Origin: Octopus sinensis
Taxonomy: Eukaryota
Direction: 5' to 3'
NCBI RefSeq assembly: GCF_006345805.1
Contig: NC_042997.1
Span: 191,580,001-191,644,000 of the forward strand
DNA: 64,000 nucleotides
In this document: positions 25,707 through 39,507 of the stretch, piece after piece
Position numbering within the stretch: position 1 is the first letter of the stretch
How the letters are laid out: each line of letters begins with the position of its first letter
Program-made: the position numbers and the translations under genes
Notes under the pieces: model-generated
What the model was told of the DNA's origin: nothing
The model's database searches: none
The model's input: the letters and a program-made list of their open reading frames with translations, nothing else

Positions 25707-26102
25707 TTTTAATATGGTTTACAGTGATGGAGTTGGTATATGTAGTAAAGAGCTGGATTTGATGCTATTTTCATGGTTTTTAGTTTCTACAATTCAAGTT
25801 TTGATAGACTGATATTGCTTTTCATCTCATTGAGGGAAGTCTAATTCCAGCAAAAAAATACAGAAGACAAGTTAATATGATCCTGAACCAGTGATAGAGC
25901 ATTTACATAACTGCTTGATCTGGTAGAAGTAGTAGCCATATTCCCCTCAAATCATACTCTAATTTTTAAAAAACACAGTATGGTCATTACTGGAACTTAT
26001 TTGCAAGTCAGTTCAGTCAAGGAAGACAAGGGTCTGAACCAATTTATCCATTCCATGTTTGGAATGTAAATTAACATGAAACTTCGGAAGAAAGGTTTAA
26101 TT

Positions 26103-26445
26103 TAGGCACAGGGATGACAGTATGGTAAGAAGTTTGCTCTCCAGTCACATGGTTTCAGGTTCAGTCTCACTGCAAAACACCTTGAGCAAGTGTCTACTGC
26201 TATAGACTCAGGTCAACCAAAACCTTGTGAGTAGATTTGGTATATGAAAACTGAAAAAAGTGTGCATATGTTGGGGGGGGGGATATGTCTTTGTGGTTGT
26301 CCCCACCACCACTGGTGTTGATTTGCATACCTCCCAGCAAAACAGACCAATAGACTTGTGGAGTTGCTTTCTTTGACTAAATCTTTCAAGGTGGTGCCGC
26401 AGCATGGTCGCAGTCCAATGACTGAAACAAGTAAAAGATAAAAGA
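26103..26445 (+). mobile_element. SINE family A
   Basis: Head, CORE-like block, tail gactgaaacaagtaaaagataaaaga. Confidence 0.85.
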
Positions 26446-26774
26446 AGGATTCAGAACATTCTGAAATGGAAACTTTGCCTCATAGAACCAGGGGCATTCT
26501 CAGTCAGATTGGTATCAAAACAGTTAAGATGATGGATAAAGTATCGACTGACAATTATTAGTAGCTGAGAAAAGTCGTCATGGAGACAAGTTCCTTGTGA
26601 AGGATAGCCAGCAAACTTAGAAAAGTGAGAGAACAGTTTAAAAGGCAGCTTTTTTCCAGGTTGGTTTGTGTACAGTATGAGGATGATTACTTGTACATTT
26701 CAGCATTAGTTGGTTGTATCATCAGCTACACAAGGACCAATGAAAATTATATTTTATACTGTATTACTAATTAT

Positions 26775-27022
26775 GTGGAGGCATGTGGCTTAGTGGTTAG
26801 GGTGTCAGCATCATGATTGTAAGATTGTGGTTTCGATTCCTGGACCGGGCGACGCGTTGTGTTCTTGAGCAAAGCACTTCATTTTACATTGCTCCAGTCC
26901 ACTCAGCTGGCAAAAATGAGTAACGCTGCGATGGACTGGAGTCCCATCCAGCTGGGGAACACATACACCATAGAAACCGGGTCCATGAGCCTGGCTAGGC
27001 TTTAAAAGGGCGCATTTATTTT
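26775..27022 (+). mobile_element. tRNA-derived CORE-like SINE (family C); relatives at 36285-36620 (-), 43730-44270 (-), 60445-60780 (+)
   Basis: tggcttagtgg A-box, gtttcgattcc B-box, gtgttcttgagcaaagcactt CORE-like block; 12-bp TSD attactaattat. Confidence 0.85.
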
Positions 27023-27099
27023 ATTACTAATTATTAGTAAGAGAAACTTATAATCTAATATGATTAGTACTAGTATGTAGATGGAGGAAGTGCAGGCAC

Positions 27100-27580
27100 A
27101 ACTCAGATATTTTTGGTTAGATATGTAGATCCTTTACAACAGCAGTGTCAACTGGCAACAGGTTTTGTAAAGAAGAACATATTTCATACATTTTTGGAGT
27201 GAAATGGAATCATCAGGAAACACCAAGGGCCTTTCACTCTGTCAAACTTGTGCCATGAATCTGAAGCAGAGAAAAAACAAAAAATGAGCTTTGGTGCACC
27301 TATGGTCTGGAGAGAAGCATCAAAGCTTTTAGAATGTTATATCTGGATGATTGATATTTCTGAACGTAGCTCCAAGACAAAATCAAAGAAAGGTTACCCA
27401 AATCTTGTATTCCACATTAAGACCTTTACCATATCATTCACAAGAATATATATTACCTCCCTGACAATTTTGGGGGTGTTAACGAAGAGCTAGTCGAGCA
27501 TTTCCCCCCAAGACAAAGACTGGGAAAATGATGCTAGGGACAGTAAAATACAAATAAGATGGTAGACTGTTGTTAGCAAC
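27100..27580 (+). pseudogene. Internally deleted Chapaev3-like (CMC) transposase relic
   Basis: N-terminal FVKK..FGVK..CQTC..MSFGAPMVWRE..ECY..YPNL joined to C-terminal PDNFGGVNEELVEHFPQD..KMVDCC (family pattern GAVSEEQGERFHQD..MMADYCW, from memory). Confidence 0.7.
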
Positions 27581-27647
27581 AAGACAACAACAAAAGTAAT
27601 TTATTCTAAATTCATTGGACAAAATCAATATCTGAAAATACACAGAC

Positions 27648-28034
27648 TCTTTACTCTTTTACTTGTTTCAGTCATTTGACTGCGGCCATGCTGGAGCACC
27701 GCCTTTAGTCGAGCAAATCGACCCCGGGACTTATTCTTTGTAAGCCCAGTACTTATTCTATCGGTCTCTTTTGCCGAACCGCTAAGTGACGGGGACGTAA
27801 ACACACCAGCATCGGTTGTCAAGCAATGCTAGGGGGACAAACACAGACACACAAACATATACATATATACGACAGGCTTCTTTCAGTTTCCGCCTACCAA
27901 ATCCACTCACAAGGGATTGGTCGGCCTGGGGCTATAGCAGAAGACACTTGCCCAAGATGCCACGCAGTGGGACTGAACCCAGAACCATGTGGTTGGTTAG
28001 CAAGCTACTTACCACACAGCGACTCCTGCGCCTA
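27648..28034 (-). mobile_element. SINE family A, young full length
   Basis: CpG-rich copy close to the other young copies. Confidence 0.93.
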
Positions 28035-28457
28035 TATTTTGTGGACTTTCTTGTCACAAATGACAGATGAGGTCTTCCGCAGTTTCTAGATGAACAACCT
28101 GCATAGATGATCTGTTTATAGTGTTCAAATGTTTGTGTTGTACATTAGCTCTCAATCCCTCCATCAAATTAATGCTACCTAAGCATGGAACACAGACGTA
28201 TGATGATGATGATGTACAGGTACACAGTGTGCCACACATCAGATGTCAAAGTGATTGCTGAGCAATGTGACACAGTGTTTTGCTCAAGGACAATGCAGTG
28301 CCTGGTCTGGGAAGCAAAAATACTATCTTGCAATTGTCAGTGCAACACCCTAAGCACAAGGCCATGTGCCTTCACATATACATAAATAGGATTCTATCAA
28401 ACCATCCAACCCATACCAGCATGAAAAGTGGACATTACATTATTATGATGATTACAT

Positions 28458-28830
28458 AATCTTTTATTCTTTCCCTTGTTTCAGTCATTTGACTGCAGCC
28501 ATGCTGGAGCATGGCCTTTAGTCAAACAAATCGACCCCAGGACTAGGGTTTGTAAGCCTAGTACTTATTCTATCAGTCACTTTTGTTGAACCACTAAGTT
28601 AGAGATATAAACACACCAACACCAGTTGTCAAGCAATGGTGGGGGAACAAATAGACACACACACACAAAATGGGCTTCTTTCAGTTTCTGTCTACCAAAT
28701 CCACTCATAAGGCTTTTTCGTTCGCCCAAGGCTATGGCAAAAGACACATGCCCAAGGTGCCATGCAGTGGGACTGAACTCAGAACCATGTGGTTGGGAAG
28801 CAAGCTTCATATCACATGGCCACTGCATGA
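28458..28830 (-). mobile_element. SINE family A
   Basis: Family motifs. Confidence 0.88.
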
Positions 28831-29902
28831 GTGTGTCATTAAAAAGCTCCCCTTGCAACCACTCTTGTGCCTATGTATAAATGCATCCTTATATGTGTTT
28901 ATATGACTATTGTGCAAACCAATGTAATCAAACTAGATTAATTGTATTTGTCTGAATCAAATTTGCTTTCTATACCTTAGTAGTTGTAAGTACTCCAAAA
29001 TAAGGGAGGGGAAGCTATTTAACCATCTATTATAAGCCTTCTTGAAGGCAGAGCCCCGGTGAGTTACACTGCAATAACTGAATCTAGTAAAAGAAGAATA
29101 AGAGAAGTACAACTACATCAAGAACCGGGCCAATTTAGTCATCAAATGATACATACATAACTAAGACTCTGCATTACATAGTTTGATGGATATCATACTT
29201 GAGAAAGTATCCCAGGGAAGTTATCACACACACTTTGTAATCTAAAACAAACACCGTTTTAGGGCTCAACTTCAAGTTCAATGTCATTAATATAACTTCT
29301 GACATGTCTAATGCACCTGTCAGATATATTGCTGAGACAGTATATAATTTCCATGTTTACTTAATATGCCAAGACTAATCTAGTTAAACACAAAGGCACT
29401 CAAACAATAGACTTTTTCCCCCTATAAAAAACAAACAGTATTTATGTCAGCAAATAGTAGAGAAAACAAATTATTCTATTAGAACTACAAAAACAAAGTC
29501 ATTGTGACCCGACTACGTCCATTCTTATAACGAATCCTAACAACAGTCAGCAGTCATTGGACAACTGATAGGGACAAAAATAGACCAAGAATATTATATC
29601 GCTAAGATCATTTAAATGTAATTAATAGGCACAACATAAATTTATTATATACTACTTTATTTTCTATGTTATAATTAATGGCTCCAAAATTCACCTTCAC
29701 GACAAAATTTATCTTGCTCCAGCTCAGCCCTGATCTGGCAGACTTACGATGAAAAGCATTCCAACCACAACTGTTCCACTTCTTCCGAAGTATTATCTCA
29801 AGTGCATTAAGACAGGTGTGATTTAAGGCTGATTAGGCTGTTATTTCTAACAGTCAAACAACCACACAGAGGCTCCCTCATTTGACTTGTTTACCAATGT
29901 AA

Positions 29903-30296
29903 TCTCTCTACATATAAAGCTGAAGTTGTCTGTGTATGGCAGGTTTGGTAGCCTTCAACTAATACTATCTCCTCCGAGACCCTGCGGCGCAAGTTGACCA
30001 AAATTGAGAGTATGATAGAAGAAGGCTTGCTCTTCCTTCCATAGAAGAAAAAATTCAAATCAGACCATGTTAACAGCAAAAATTAATTACATCAAAAAGG
30101 TGCTTGTTTTTCTATGAAAATCCCAATTTTTTTACAATTTTTTGACTGCTGTGTTGCCATTTTTTGGTGTATTTCGACCAGAAAAATGTTCACTTAAAGA
30201 GAATAACAAGCTACATAATGCAAAATTTTTACTTTTCAAAAATTCCAATTCTAAAGGATCAAAACAAACCCAAGCAACGCCGGGCGATACTGCTAG
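29903..30296 (+). mobile_element. Non-autonomous Helitron
   Basis: A|TCTCTCTACATATAAA ... ccaagcaacgccgggcgatactgCTAG|T. Confidence 0.85.
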
Positions 30297-31417
30297 TTAC
30301 ATAATGTATTAATTATTCTACTTCATACTGTAATTATTTAAGTTTTTAGTCTCTCACAACTAAGGCAATGTTGGTTACTTGTTGTTGTTTTTTTCTTTTT
30401 CTTTTTTTGTTTTGCAGCTTCTCATCCCTTCTTATAAATGGACGGATGATGATTAAAAGAGTAACAAAAATTCATTAAACTGTTCACATTTTGACTTTTC
30501 AGTGATGACATTTCATCAAGACAAAAGCAGGTTAAGGAACAGAGACCAGAAGAATGTCACAGTAATCTAGCAATGTTAGTAAGACTGAGTAACAGAGCCT
30601 TTTCTTATTCACAAGTCATTTTCTATTCTATTTCAGACACCAGAGATCAAATGCAGTCTCTTATTAATTAACACTACAGAAACCTATGTGGCAGTCAAAT
30701 GACATTTACAAAGAAAAATAGTTAATTGCTTTTGCTGTTGTTTTCTGTTTAACATTTTATGCTTAGACTAGCAATAAAAAGAGGTTTCTGAAAATATGCA
30801 ATAAATAACTGCACTAGCTGGTTTACTGACTGAATTCTAAGATATGAGGAGGGTGTGCTAACAAAAGAGAAATTGTCAAACGCTCATGTTGATGAAGGGG
30901 ACAATTTTGTATGATTTATGATACAATTTTACAGAAATTTGAAATATTTGAATGAAGCCATTGATAATTCTTGACAATATTTATTATTATGTTGGGTTTT
31001 ATTTTTATGCCCATTTTCCCATGGTAGCATGGCTTAGACAAATGTATTACAGAGGAATCAATTCATAACCAAATATCCTACTGTATTTTTGTTTTGTTTC
31101 GTTTTTTTAAAGCGAAGTAAGTCTTTGAAGGTGCAAAACCAGTGGAAATTATTGATAGGATAAATAACAACGTCACCATCTGTAATTGTGTAAACAAACA
31201 CAGCCATGTCTGTACTTATTATTATTATTATTATTATTATCACCCTGCATGTGTATGTTAAAGGAGGGTATCATAATCACTCGTCTTTATCTGTTTGTCT
31301 GTGTGTTTGCAAAATTACTGGAAAATAGCTGGACAGAGTTTCACCAAATTTGGCAGAAATACTCATTGGGTGAATGCTTGAAATGATAAAAATTTGGTTT
31401 GATTATCTTCAAACATA

Positions 31418-31419
31418 CA

Positions 31420-31454
<35 letters not shown>

Positions 31455-31470
31455 AATAAATAAATAAATA
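31418..31470. repeat. (AAAT)n microsatellite
   Basis: Directly visible. Confidence 0.97.
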
Positions 31471-32302
31471 CAAACATAGATATGAGAGAGGGGGGGAGTG
31501 TGTGTGTGTCTGTGTGCGTGTACACACACAGTGACAGGTTTGAGTGTTTCATTTATTTACAAGTTGATTTAATTTCAAAGTATAAAATACCTATAATGGT
31601 GATACTTAAATTTTTTTTTTTTGTTATTTAAAAAAAGATCAAACTTACAAATTTCCCAATAAGCAAGTAGTCATATTATTTATATTCTACAACAAACTAC
31701 AGTATGTTTGATTCACCTGCCATCACTGAAAGATGTTGAAAACACAAATTTTATACTATATTTTCTATAAGTATTTCATTTTGATCACTTTCTTTTTCAT
31801 ATGACAACTGTGAAGACAGCAATATCATCAGTACAATTCAATCTGTGTTCTTGATGTAGATAGGTGACAAGGGAGACACATTTTGTGAGAGGGAAACCAA
31901 TTTTTTTTTTTTTTGTCATTATTTTATCAACTGAAGTGTGAAGGATGTAGACCAGGCAAAGATAAATACTTGGTAAAACTTGATAGCATGTATACTTGCA
32001 GGTTATAAGTTATTCTGAAATATTTCATGAGAAAAGCACCCAAGCAAAGATTCAATGGCTGTCTTCCTGCTATCACTGATGTCATTGGAGGAATATTTTG
32101 CAGGACATTGCTGAAGGACTAAGCAAGAATCTATTGGCTGCCCTAACAGGATGTTGCCTTGTTGACGTTTCTCATGCTATGCATTATTGTAATGAATGGC
32201 ATGTTCAACCAGATGAGGAATAGCTGTAGTTCATGCTCAGTCTGTTTATGAGCCATTCTATGCAATATCACAGACACATTACTCATCCAATCTACAATAT
32301 CA

Positions 32303-32690
32303 TATACTCTTACTTGTTTCAGTCATTTGACTGCGGCCATGCTGGAGCATCGCCTTTAGTCGAGCAAATCGACCCCGGAACTTATTCTTTGTAAGCCCAG
32401 TACTTATTCTATCGGTCTCTTTTGCTGAACCACTAAGTGACGGCGACGTAAACATACCAGCATCTGTTGTCAAGCCATGCTAGGGCGACAAACACAGACA
32501 CACAAACATACACACATACATACATACGACGGGCTTCTTTCAGTTTCCGTCTACCAAATCCACTCACAAGGCTTTGGTCGGCCCGAAGCTATAGTAGAAG
32601 ACATTTGCCCAAGATGCCACACAGTGGGACTGAACCCGAAACCATGTGGTTGGTAAGCAGGCTACTTACCACACAGCCACTCCTGCACCT
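32303..32690 (-). mobile_element. SINE family A, young full length
   Basis: Close match to the 27648 and 61223 copies. Confidence 0.93.
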
Positions 32691-32939
32691 GCTACATTTT
32701 TTTAATAAAAGGGATTGGCTAATCACTTGATGTTACAGGTGAGAATCTGTCTATCACTAATAGCAAGAACAAAGAAAGAAAAATCACATAACTATCTTGC
32801 TTTATTTACCAAAACAACCCATGGTGCAACAGTGGTTATTGATAGTGCTCAAAATCTTCCCATATGGAAAACAAATACAAATAGAAAAACATTTTCTCAA
32901 ATGTTTATTAATGCCTTTTATATATTTATATATATATAT

Positions 32940-33196
32940 ATCATCATCATCATCATCATCATCATTTAGCGTCCGTTTTCCATGCTAGCATGGGTTGGAC
33001 GGTTCAACTGGGGTCTGGGGAGCCCGAAGGCTGCACCAGGCCAGTCAGATCTGGCAGTGTTTCTACAGCTGGATGCCCTTCCTAACGCCAACCACTCCGA
33101 GAGTGTAGTGGGTGATTTTATGTGCCACCGACACAGGTGCCAGACGAGGCTGGCGAACGGCCACGCTCGGATGGTGTTTTTATGTGCCACCGACAC
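32940..33196 (-). mobile_element. RTE LINE 3' UTR fragment inserted in (TA)n
   Basis: (ATG)n tail of about eight units, two repeat units, TA runs on both sides. Confidence 0.85.
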
Positions 33197-33579
33197 ATAT
33201 ATATATATATATATTTGTTAAACAGATGCCACTTGACATGGAAGCCATATTAAGTTTTCATGTGAAAGTAGAAAATGTTACAACAGAAACCTGATCTTAA
33301 TAAAACTTGCCCCCAAAAAATATAAGATAAAATTACAGATTACCAAACACACAATAGCTAGTATATATAATAAGAAGGAAAAAAAAACATGGTTTGTATG
33401 GTATATATTATCTTGTAATATTGATCAACCAACTAGTCAAAAAAATGCATTTATTTGGTTAAGTCATAACAAATAAAGCTAGTATTAATGTTTCAATATA
33501 GCATTTCTAAAGAAAATGCTACTTAAATAGATTAGTTGATAGCTCTAAATCACACTGTGATACAGTTGTGGTCATAAAA

Positions 33580-33583
<4 letters not shown>

Positions 33584-33634
<51 letters not shown>
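33584..33634. repeat. (AT)n microsatellite
   Basis: Directly visible. Confidence 0.98.
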
Positions 33635-33637
<3 letters not shown>

Positions 33638-35672
33638 TGAAAGAAGCCCATTGTACATGTGTGTGTGTCTCTCACACTACTGCTTGACAACCATAGTTGT
33701 AGTGTATACATCTCCCTAACTTAGTGGTTTGGCAGAAGAAACTAATAGAATAAGTACCAGTCTTTAAGAAAGAAAAAAAGCACTGGGCACAATTCATTTG
33801 ACTAAAAGTTCTTCAAGATGGTGCCCCAGCATGGCCACTGTCAAATGACTGAAAGAAGTAAAAGATAGAAGATAAAAATATATATATTCATTCATTTCCT
33901 GTATAAACATTTATTCACTTTCTCAAACTCATAAGGCCAACTATCCTGCTTCCATGGCAGATAACTGAGATTGCAACATCCCCGCTATCCATTGCAGGGT
34001 TCAAGGCCAACAATTTTGAAGGGAGGGGGCAAGCCGATCACATCAATCCCAGTAGCTTGAAGGAAAGAAAAAAAATTTGAGCTTGGCAAGATTTGAACTT
34101 AGAACATACAGAGCCAGAAGAAATGCTGCTAAGCATTTTGTCCAACATGCTAAAGATTCTGCTAGCTTGCCACCTTAAAGACTAAATGAGCATATTCAAT
34201 ACAGTAATATATTTAATGATGTATTATTAGTAGCAAATATTTAGGGAGAAGCCAGATAGGGCTTTATGTAAAACTTTAGTTGTATTTCCTTATTTTTGGA
34301 ACACATTTTTCTTTGTAGAGCATTATGTTCTTAAAACACTTTAGTGCACTTAAATTCAGATATTGTTATTCAATTGCTTGATGAAGATCTCAAACTGTAA
34401 TATTCAGGAATGAGTATTAAGCCAGTAAAGAATATTAACTGTGTGGGTGGATATAATTCTCAAGCAATTACAACAGTTTGTTGATTTGTCCTTATGTTTT
34501 GATGAGGAACCTGATTTTCAAGTGATATTCAATGACTAAGAGCCAACATTGATATGATGTAGCTGGTTAACACATCAAAATATTATTTTATGTAAAAAAA
34601 AACAAAAAAACACTTGTATAAAAAAATTTTACCATTCATGTTCTAAGCAGGTTCTGTGCAGATTCTAGACATAACCACTATATAAATATTTCAATTTTAT
34701 TAAAAATAAGGAAAATAATAATTATTGTTATTATAAAGCATTAAACAGCTAGCATTTCTGTTTCACAATACTGTGTAATTCAATTTACAAGTGGCTATAA
34801 TTGTCTTTTGAAACCTCGATGGAAGGGAGAGTGAATAACATTTCAATAATCCAAATTCTTTTTGTGGAGGGGAGGCAAAGATTTGTGATGAATTGTTGAA
34901 ATACTTTAAATGTGAGACCATTAACAGAAGTGCTTTCTAATCATACAGTTAAAACAGGACACCAACGGTAGTTGGGAGAATGACAGGCCAATTTGTAAAA
35001 TTACATGAGTCTTGCTAGCTAAGTAATCAACAAAATGATCTTTCTTTCACATGTACGCATTAACAATAAATACCTTAGTACATGCTTGAAGATAAAAACA
35101 TTTTCCCGGATTTTCTTTTCCTTTTTTAGCTTTTTTTTTTTTTGAGGTGTGGGATCAAATTTAGTTGAATGAATAAATACGTTGAAATTTGAGTTTTAAT
35201 GGTAAAAGAATGATTCAAAAGAAAAGAAAATTTCTGTTTAAATTGTTTAAATCCTTTCATCTAACAGATATTTTTTTTTTCTTTTCTTAATAAGGAGGAG
35301 GGGGGAAGCCTATCAAGAACAGTTCTGAAGTTTTATAGGAAACAAGAAAACCAGTTTCAAATGTACGCTTATGAACAATACCGAAAATATTTACGGTCAT
35401 GTAGGAGGGTAAATGAACTATTTCAGAAAACATTAAGACAATTTTAGAAACTATTTCAGATAGTTCGGGTTTTATAAATAACGAGAAATATTGAATTACG
35501 TTTGTTTTTGTTTTTTTTTTTTGTTTTTTTTTTGTTTTTCATTTTCTTGTCTATTTACAGAAATAATGTAACTCTTTGCTGCAAAAGGTTACTAAATAAA
35601 ATCTAGAAATGGATTTGAGTAGCTAAAAATAATATAAAAACTTCCTAAACGACAACAACAACAACAATAAAA

Positions 35673-35733
<61 letters not shown>
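35673..35733. repeat. (AAT)n microsatellite
   Basis: Directly visible. Confidence 0.98.
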
Positions 35734-35735
<2 letters not shown>

Positions 35736-37795
35736 GGAAAAAGCAGCTTTCCTGTTGGCAATGTTAGTTTCTAATTAGGAGCCAAAGTGTCAGCAATCAC
35801 AAAATTTATCTGTCTACAATCAAAATAAAGTAACAAATTTTAATAGACTGAAAACTCTGATATGAAATAAGAAGCCAAACTGATGTCAAGTGAGGACAAT
35901 ACAATACTTCTGAATGTTATAAGTTATTTCTAATACAACATTTTGTTTAACAGAAGCAACATAAATAGAGGTTTAACAGACTGAGGAACCTAAAAACCAA
36001 CATTGGTTCTATCTATGATAGAAAATATCCTTATTTTTGAAGTGTTCATAACTTTTTATGCTCCAAACACTAGATTTAATAATAATTTCACAGTTTGGTA
36101 CAAGGCTGGGAATCTTAGGAGGTGTGGGGTAAATCAATTACACCCCAGGTCTCAACTAGTACTTCTATCAACTCCAAAAGGGTGAAAGGCAAAGCTGGCC
36201 TCAGCAGAATTTGAATTCAGAACATTTAGCAGTGAAAGAGGGGCATTTTGTCTGATGCACTAAGATGTTATTTTACTAGTAAAGACCCTGACTTTGGTTA
36301 TGAATGACAATAGGATTGCACCTAGAAAATCACCCTCCAAGGCAAAAGTCTGGGCAAGGCTGTTTTATGGAAGACCAGCAATCACCCATGCATAACCAGC
36401 CTCCGTTCTCCACACTGCTAACATTATCCAAGGAAAAAGCAAAGGCTAATACAGCTTGGCACTAGTGATGTCACAACTCATTTCTACATCTGAGTGAACT
36501 TGAGCAATGTGAAATAAAATACTTTGCTCAAGAACACAACATGCAGCCCAGCCTGGGAATCAAACTCAAAACCTCACGATCATAAGCTCAACACTAACCA
36601 ATGAACTATGCATCTTCACTTATTTTACTAAATCCATTCAGATTCTTGGCTATTTTCTAAATCTACTGAAACACATAACCAGTGCGCCATTTCATTGTTA
36701 ACAGGTGACAAAAGGGTTAAACCTTTAGGGCAAACAAAAATCATGTAACGATTTCTTAATTTATAGAGACAGAGGTTACAACCCTTTAACGAAATAGATA
36801 TTAACACTTAATTACTATATGTAGAAAATTAAATGTCACAGATGTTAATGACATTTTCAAATAAAATTACCCACATGAATACTGTTAAATTAAATCTAAA
36901 TATAACTACATCATCGATTCATGGTCTTTAATAATGACTAGGCTACCCAGGATCATAGCAGCAAAGTTACCAACCCTATTTTGAAAAACAACTGTATTAC
37001 ATTCTTCTGAATCTATTTACTAAAGCAGAACCATTGAGGTACCTCTTTAAACAGTTGTTCAATATTCTAGAAAGAGCAACTGTAACACAACTTCAAATCA
37101 TCTTAAACAAGGAAGGAAACATTAGATAATGTAGGCTGAAATACTCCTAAAAAAAGACAGGATGGTTGTGGTTGGCATATCCTTAATATTTGCTAGCTCA
37201 GTCAAGGTTGACTCAGACTGAAATAATGTATAAACCAGTGAACCAATAAATATTGTTTAACATCCACTTTTCTACGCTTGCATGGGTTAGAAGGAATTTT
37301 GAGGCAATTTTCTACGGCCAGATGCCCTTCCTATTGCTAACCCTCACCTGTTTCCAAGCAAGGTTAATATTTTCCCCATGGCCAGATAAATTCTTGCAGA
37401 AGATTGGAAATGAATGACACAGCTTGTAGAACAATGACTTATTTACAACTAACATGCAATGTCAAAACAAGGACACATATACACACATCCATACATGTTA
37501 TTGTGAGGATATAGATACCTCTTGAATGGATGCTAGCATCCAAGTTTTGATCAATTAAGATGTGATTCCTTTTCATGTCGATTTCTCATCCTGAAGAAAT
37601 ATTCAACTTACTATATTCAAAATGCATCTTTATTTTATTATTTGTAATTTGAATGAACTGGATATGGAAATAATTGTAGGTAGTATGAAATTGACAATGT
37701 GTTATAAATTGATGTTTATCTGTCAAACTCTCCATTTTCTTCTTTTATATATGTGTGTGTGTCTGTGTATACACACACATATATATATACATATA

Positions 37796-37988
37796 CAGTA
37801 ATCCCTCGACTATCGCGGATGTTAAGTTTAAAAAATGCTCAAAATAGGTGAAGTAGAAACTACTGTATATATTTTTAAAATTATTTTTATAGTTTGTATA
37901 CATTTATTTTATTATTAATGCAAAACAACACCATGGAGGAATCAACGTCAGCTTAAATAATAAACCGCGATATGGCAAGGGATTACTG
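37796..37988. mobile_element. pogo/Tigger-like MITE
   Basis: TA|CAGTAATCCCTCGACTATCGCGG ... CCGCGATATGGCAAGGGATTACTG|TA. Confidence 0.88.
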
Positions 37989-39157
37989 TACACACAATAA
38001 GCTTCTTCCAGTTTCCATCTACCAAATCAATTTGGTCAGCCTGGGGTTATAGTATATGAAACTTGCCTAAACTATCATGTAGTGGGACCCAAAACTATGT
38101 GGTTGGAAAGCAAACTTCCTAATCGTGCAACCACATCTGTACCTTCACACAGTCATACAACTATAAATAAACAGAGTAGATGGACAGGCCAGACAGTCCA
38201 ACAAAACCCCAGCAGAGAAGTGCAAGCAATGAACACAGATTTAGAGTACTGAAAATGTTACCGAAGAGTTGAGGGTTTAATACTACAATCCAACCAACTT
38301 ACTATCAACAGCCATACACAATTCAATAAAACCCAACAGAATTTAGTCAGAGTCTATAAATAATTACTGGACACTTTATAGATTTAAACTAGTAGAGTCA
38401 ATCAGATATAATTAGAGTGAAGGTGAGAGAAGTCCTTGAAGAAAGTAATATCAAGACTGGAATCTAATATAAAGGTCTTCAGGTTGAAGATATTCTTAGA
38501 AATGTAGCAAAAACAAAACTCTATAAATATGATAAACTTCCTCAATAATGACCCCTACCACCCCTATTCACACACTATTTGAGTAAAATACCAATCTATA
38601 TACAGAAATCAAATTTCAGCTAAATTTAAAATAGATAGAGGATAGAATCAAACCAGATTATAAAAAGCTGCAGTTTTACACCATAATCAGACAACAATGT
38701 CACAAATTAAAAACTTGGACTAATTTTACAATAAAAGCAGTAAAAACTGATTCATCATTATTTTAACTTCCACATTTCCATGCTTGCATGGGTTAGACAT
38801 AATTTGTTGAGGCAGATCATCTATGGCCTGATGTGTGTGTGTGTGTGATGGGCCTCTTTCAGTTTCCATCAGCCAAATCCACTCACAAGGCCTCGGTCAG
38901 CCTCAAGCTATAGTAGAAGATACTTGCCTAAGATGCTCTACAATGGGACTAAACATGAAATCACGCACTTGGGAAACAAGTTTCATAACCACTCAGCCAA
39001 GTCTATGCACAATTGTTAAAAAAATAATAGATCAACATCCAGAAGAGTTAGTAATAATCCATTTAGTAAGCAGCAAGGACTTTTCATAACTTCCAAATTA
39101 AAGTGATTTTGTAAATAAAACACTAATTTTCTTTGAATTAATTGCATATATATTAAC

Positions 39158-39507
39158 AGCACCTTGGGCAAATGTCTTCTACTATAGCCTTGGGCCAACC
39201 AAAGCCTTGTGAATGGATTTGGTAGACAGAAACTGAAAGAAGCCTGTCATATATATGTATGTGTATATATATATATGTGTGTGTGTGTATGTATGTTTGT
39301 GTGTCTGTGTTTGTCCCCTCAACATCGCTTGACAACCGATGCTAGTGTGTTTACGTCCCTGTAACTCAGCGGTTCGGCAAAAGAGGCTGATAGAATAAGT
39401 ACTAGGCTTACAAAGAATAAGTCCTGGGGTCGATTTGCTCGACTAAAGGTGGTGCTCCAGCATGGTCACAGTCAAATGACTGAAACAAGTTAAAGAGTTA
39501 AAGAGAG
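39158..39507 (+). mobile_element. SINE family A lacking the tRNA head
   Basis: Starts at the CORE-like block; body and tail match young copies. Confidence 0.9.
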
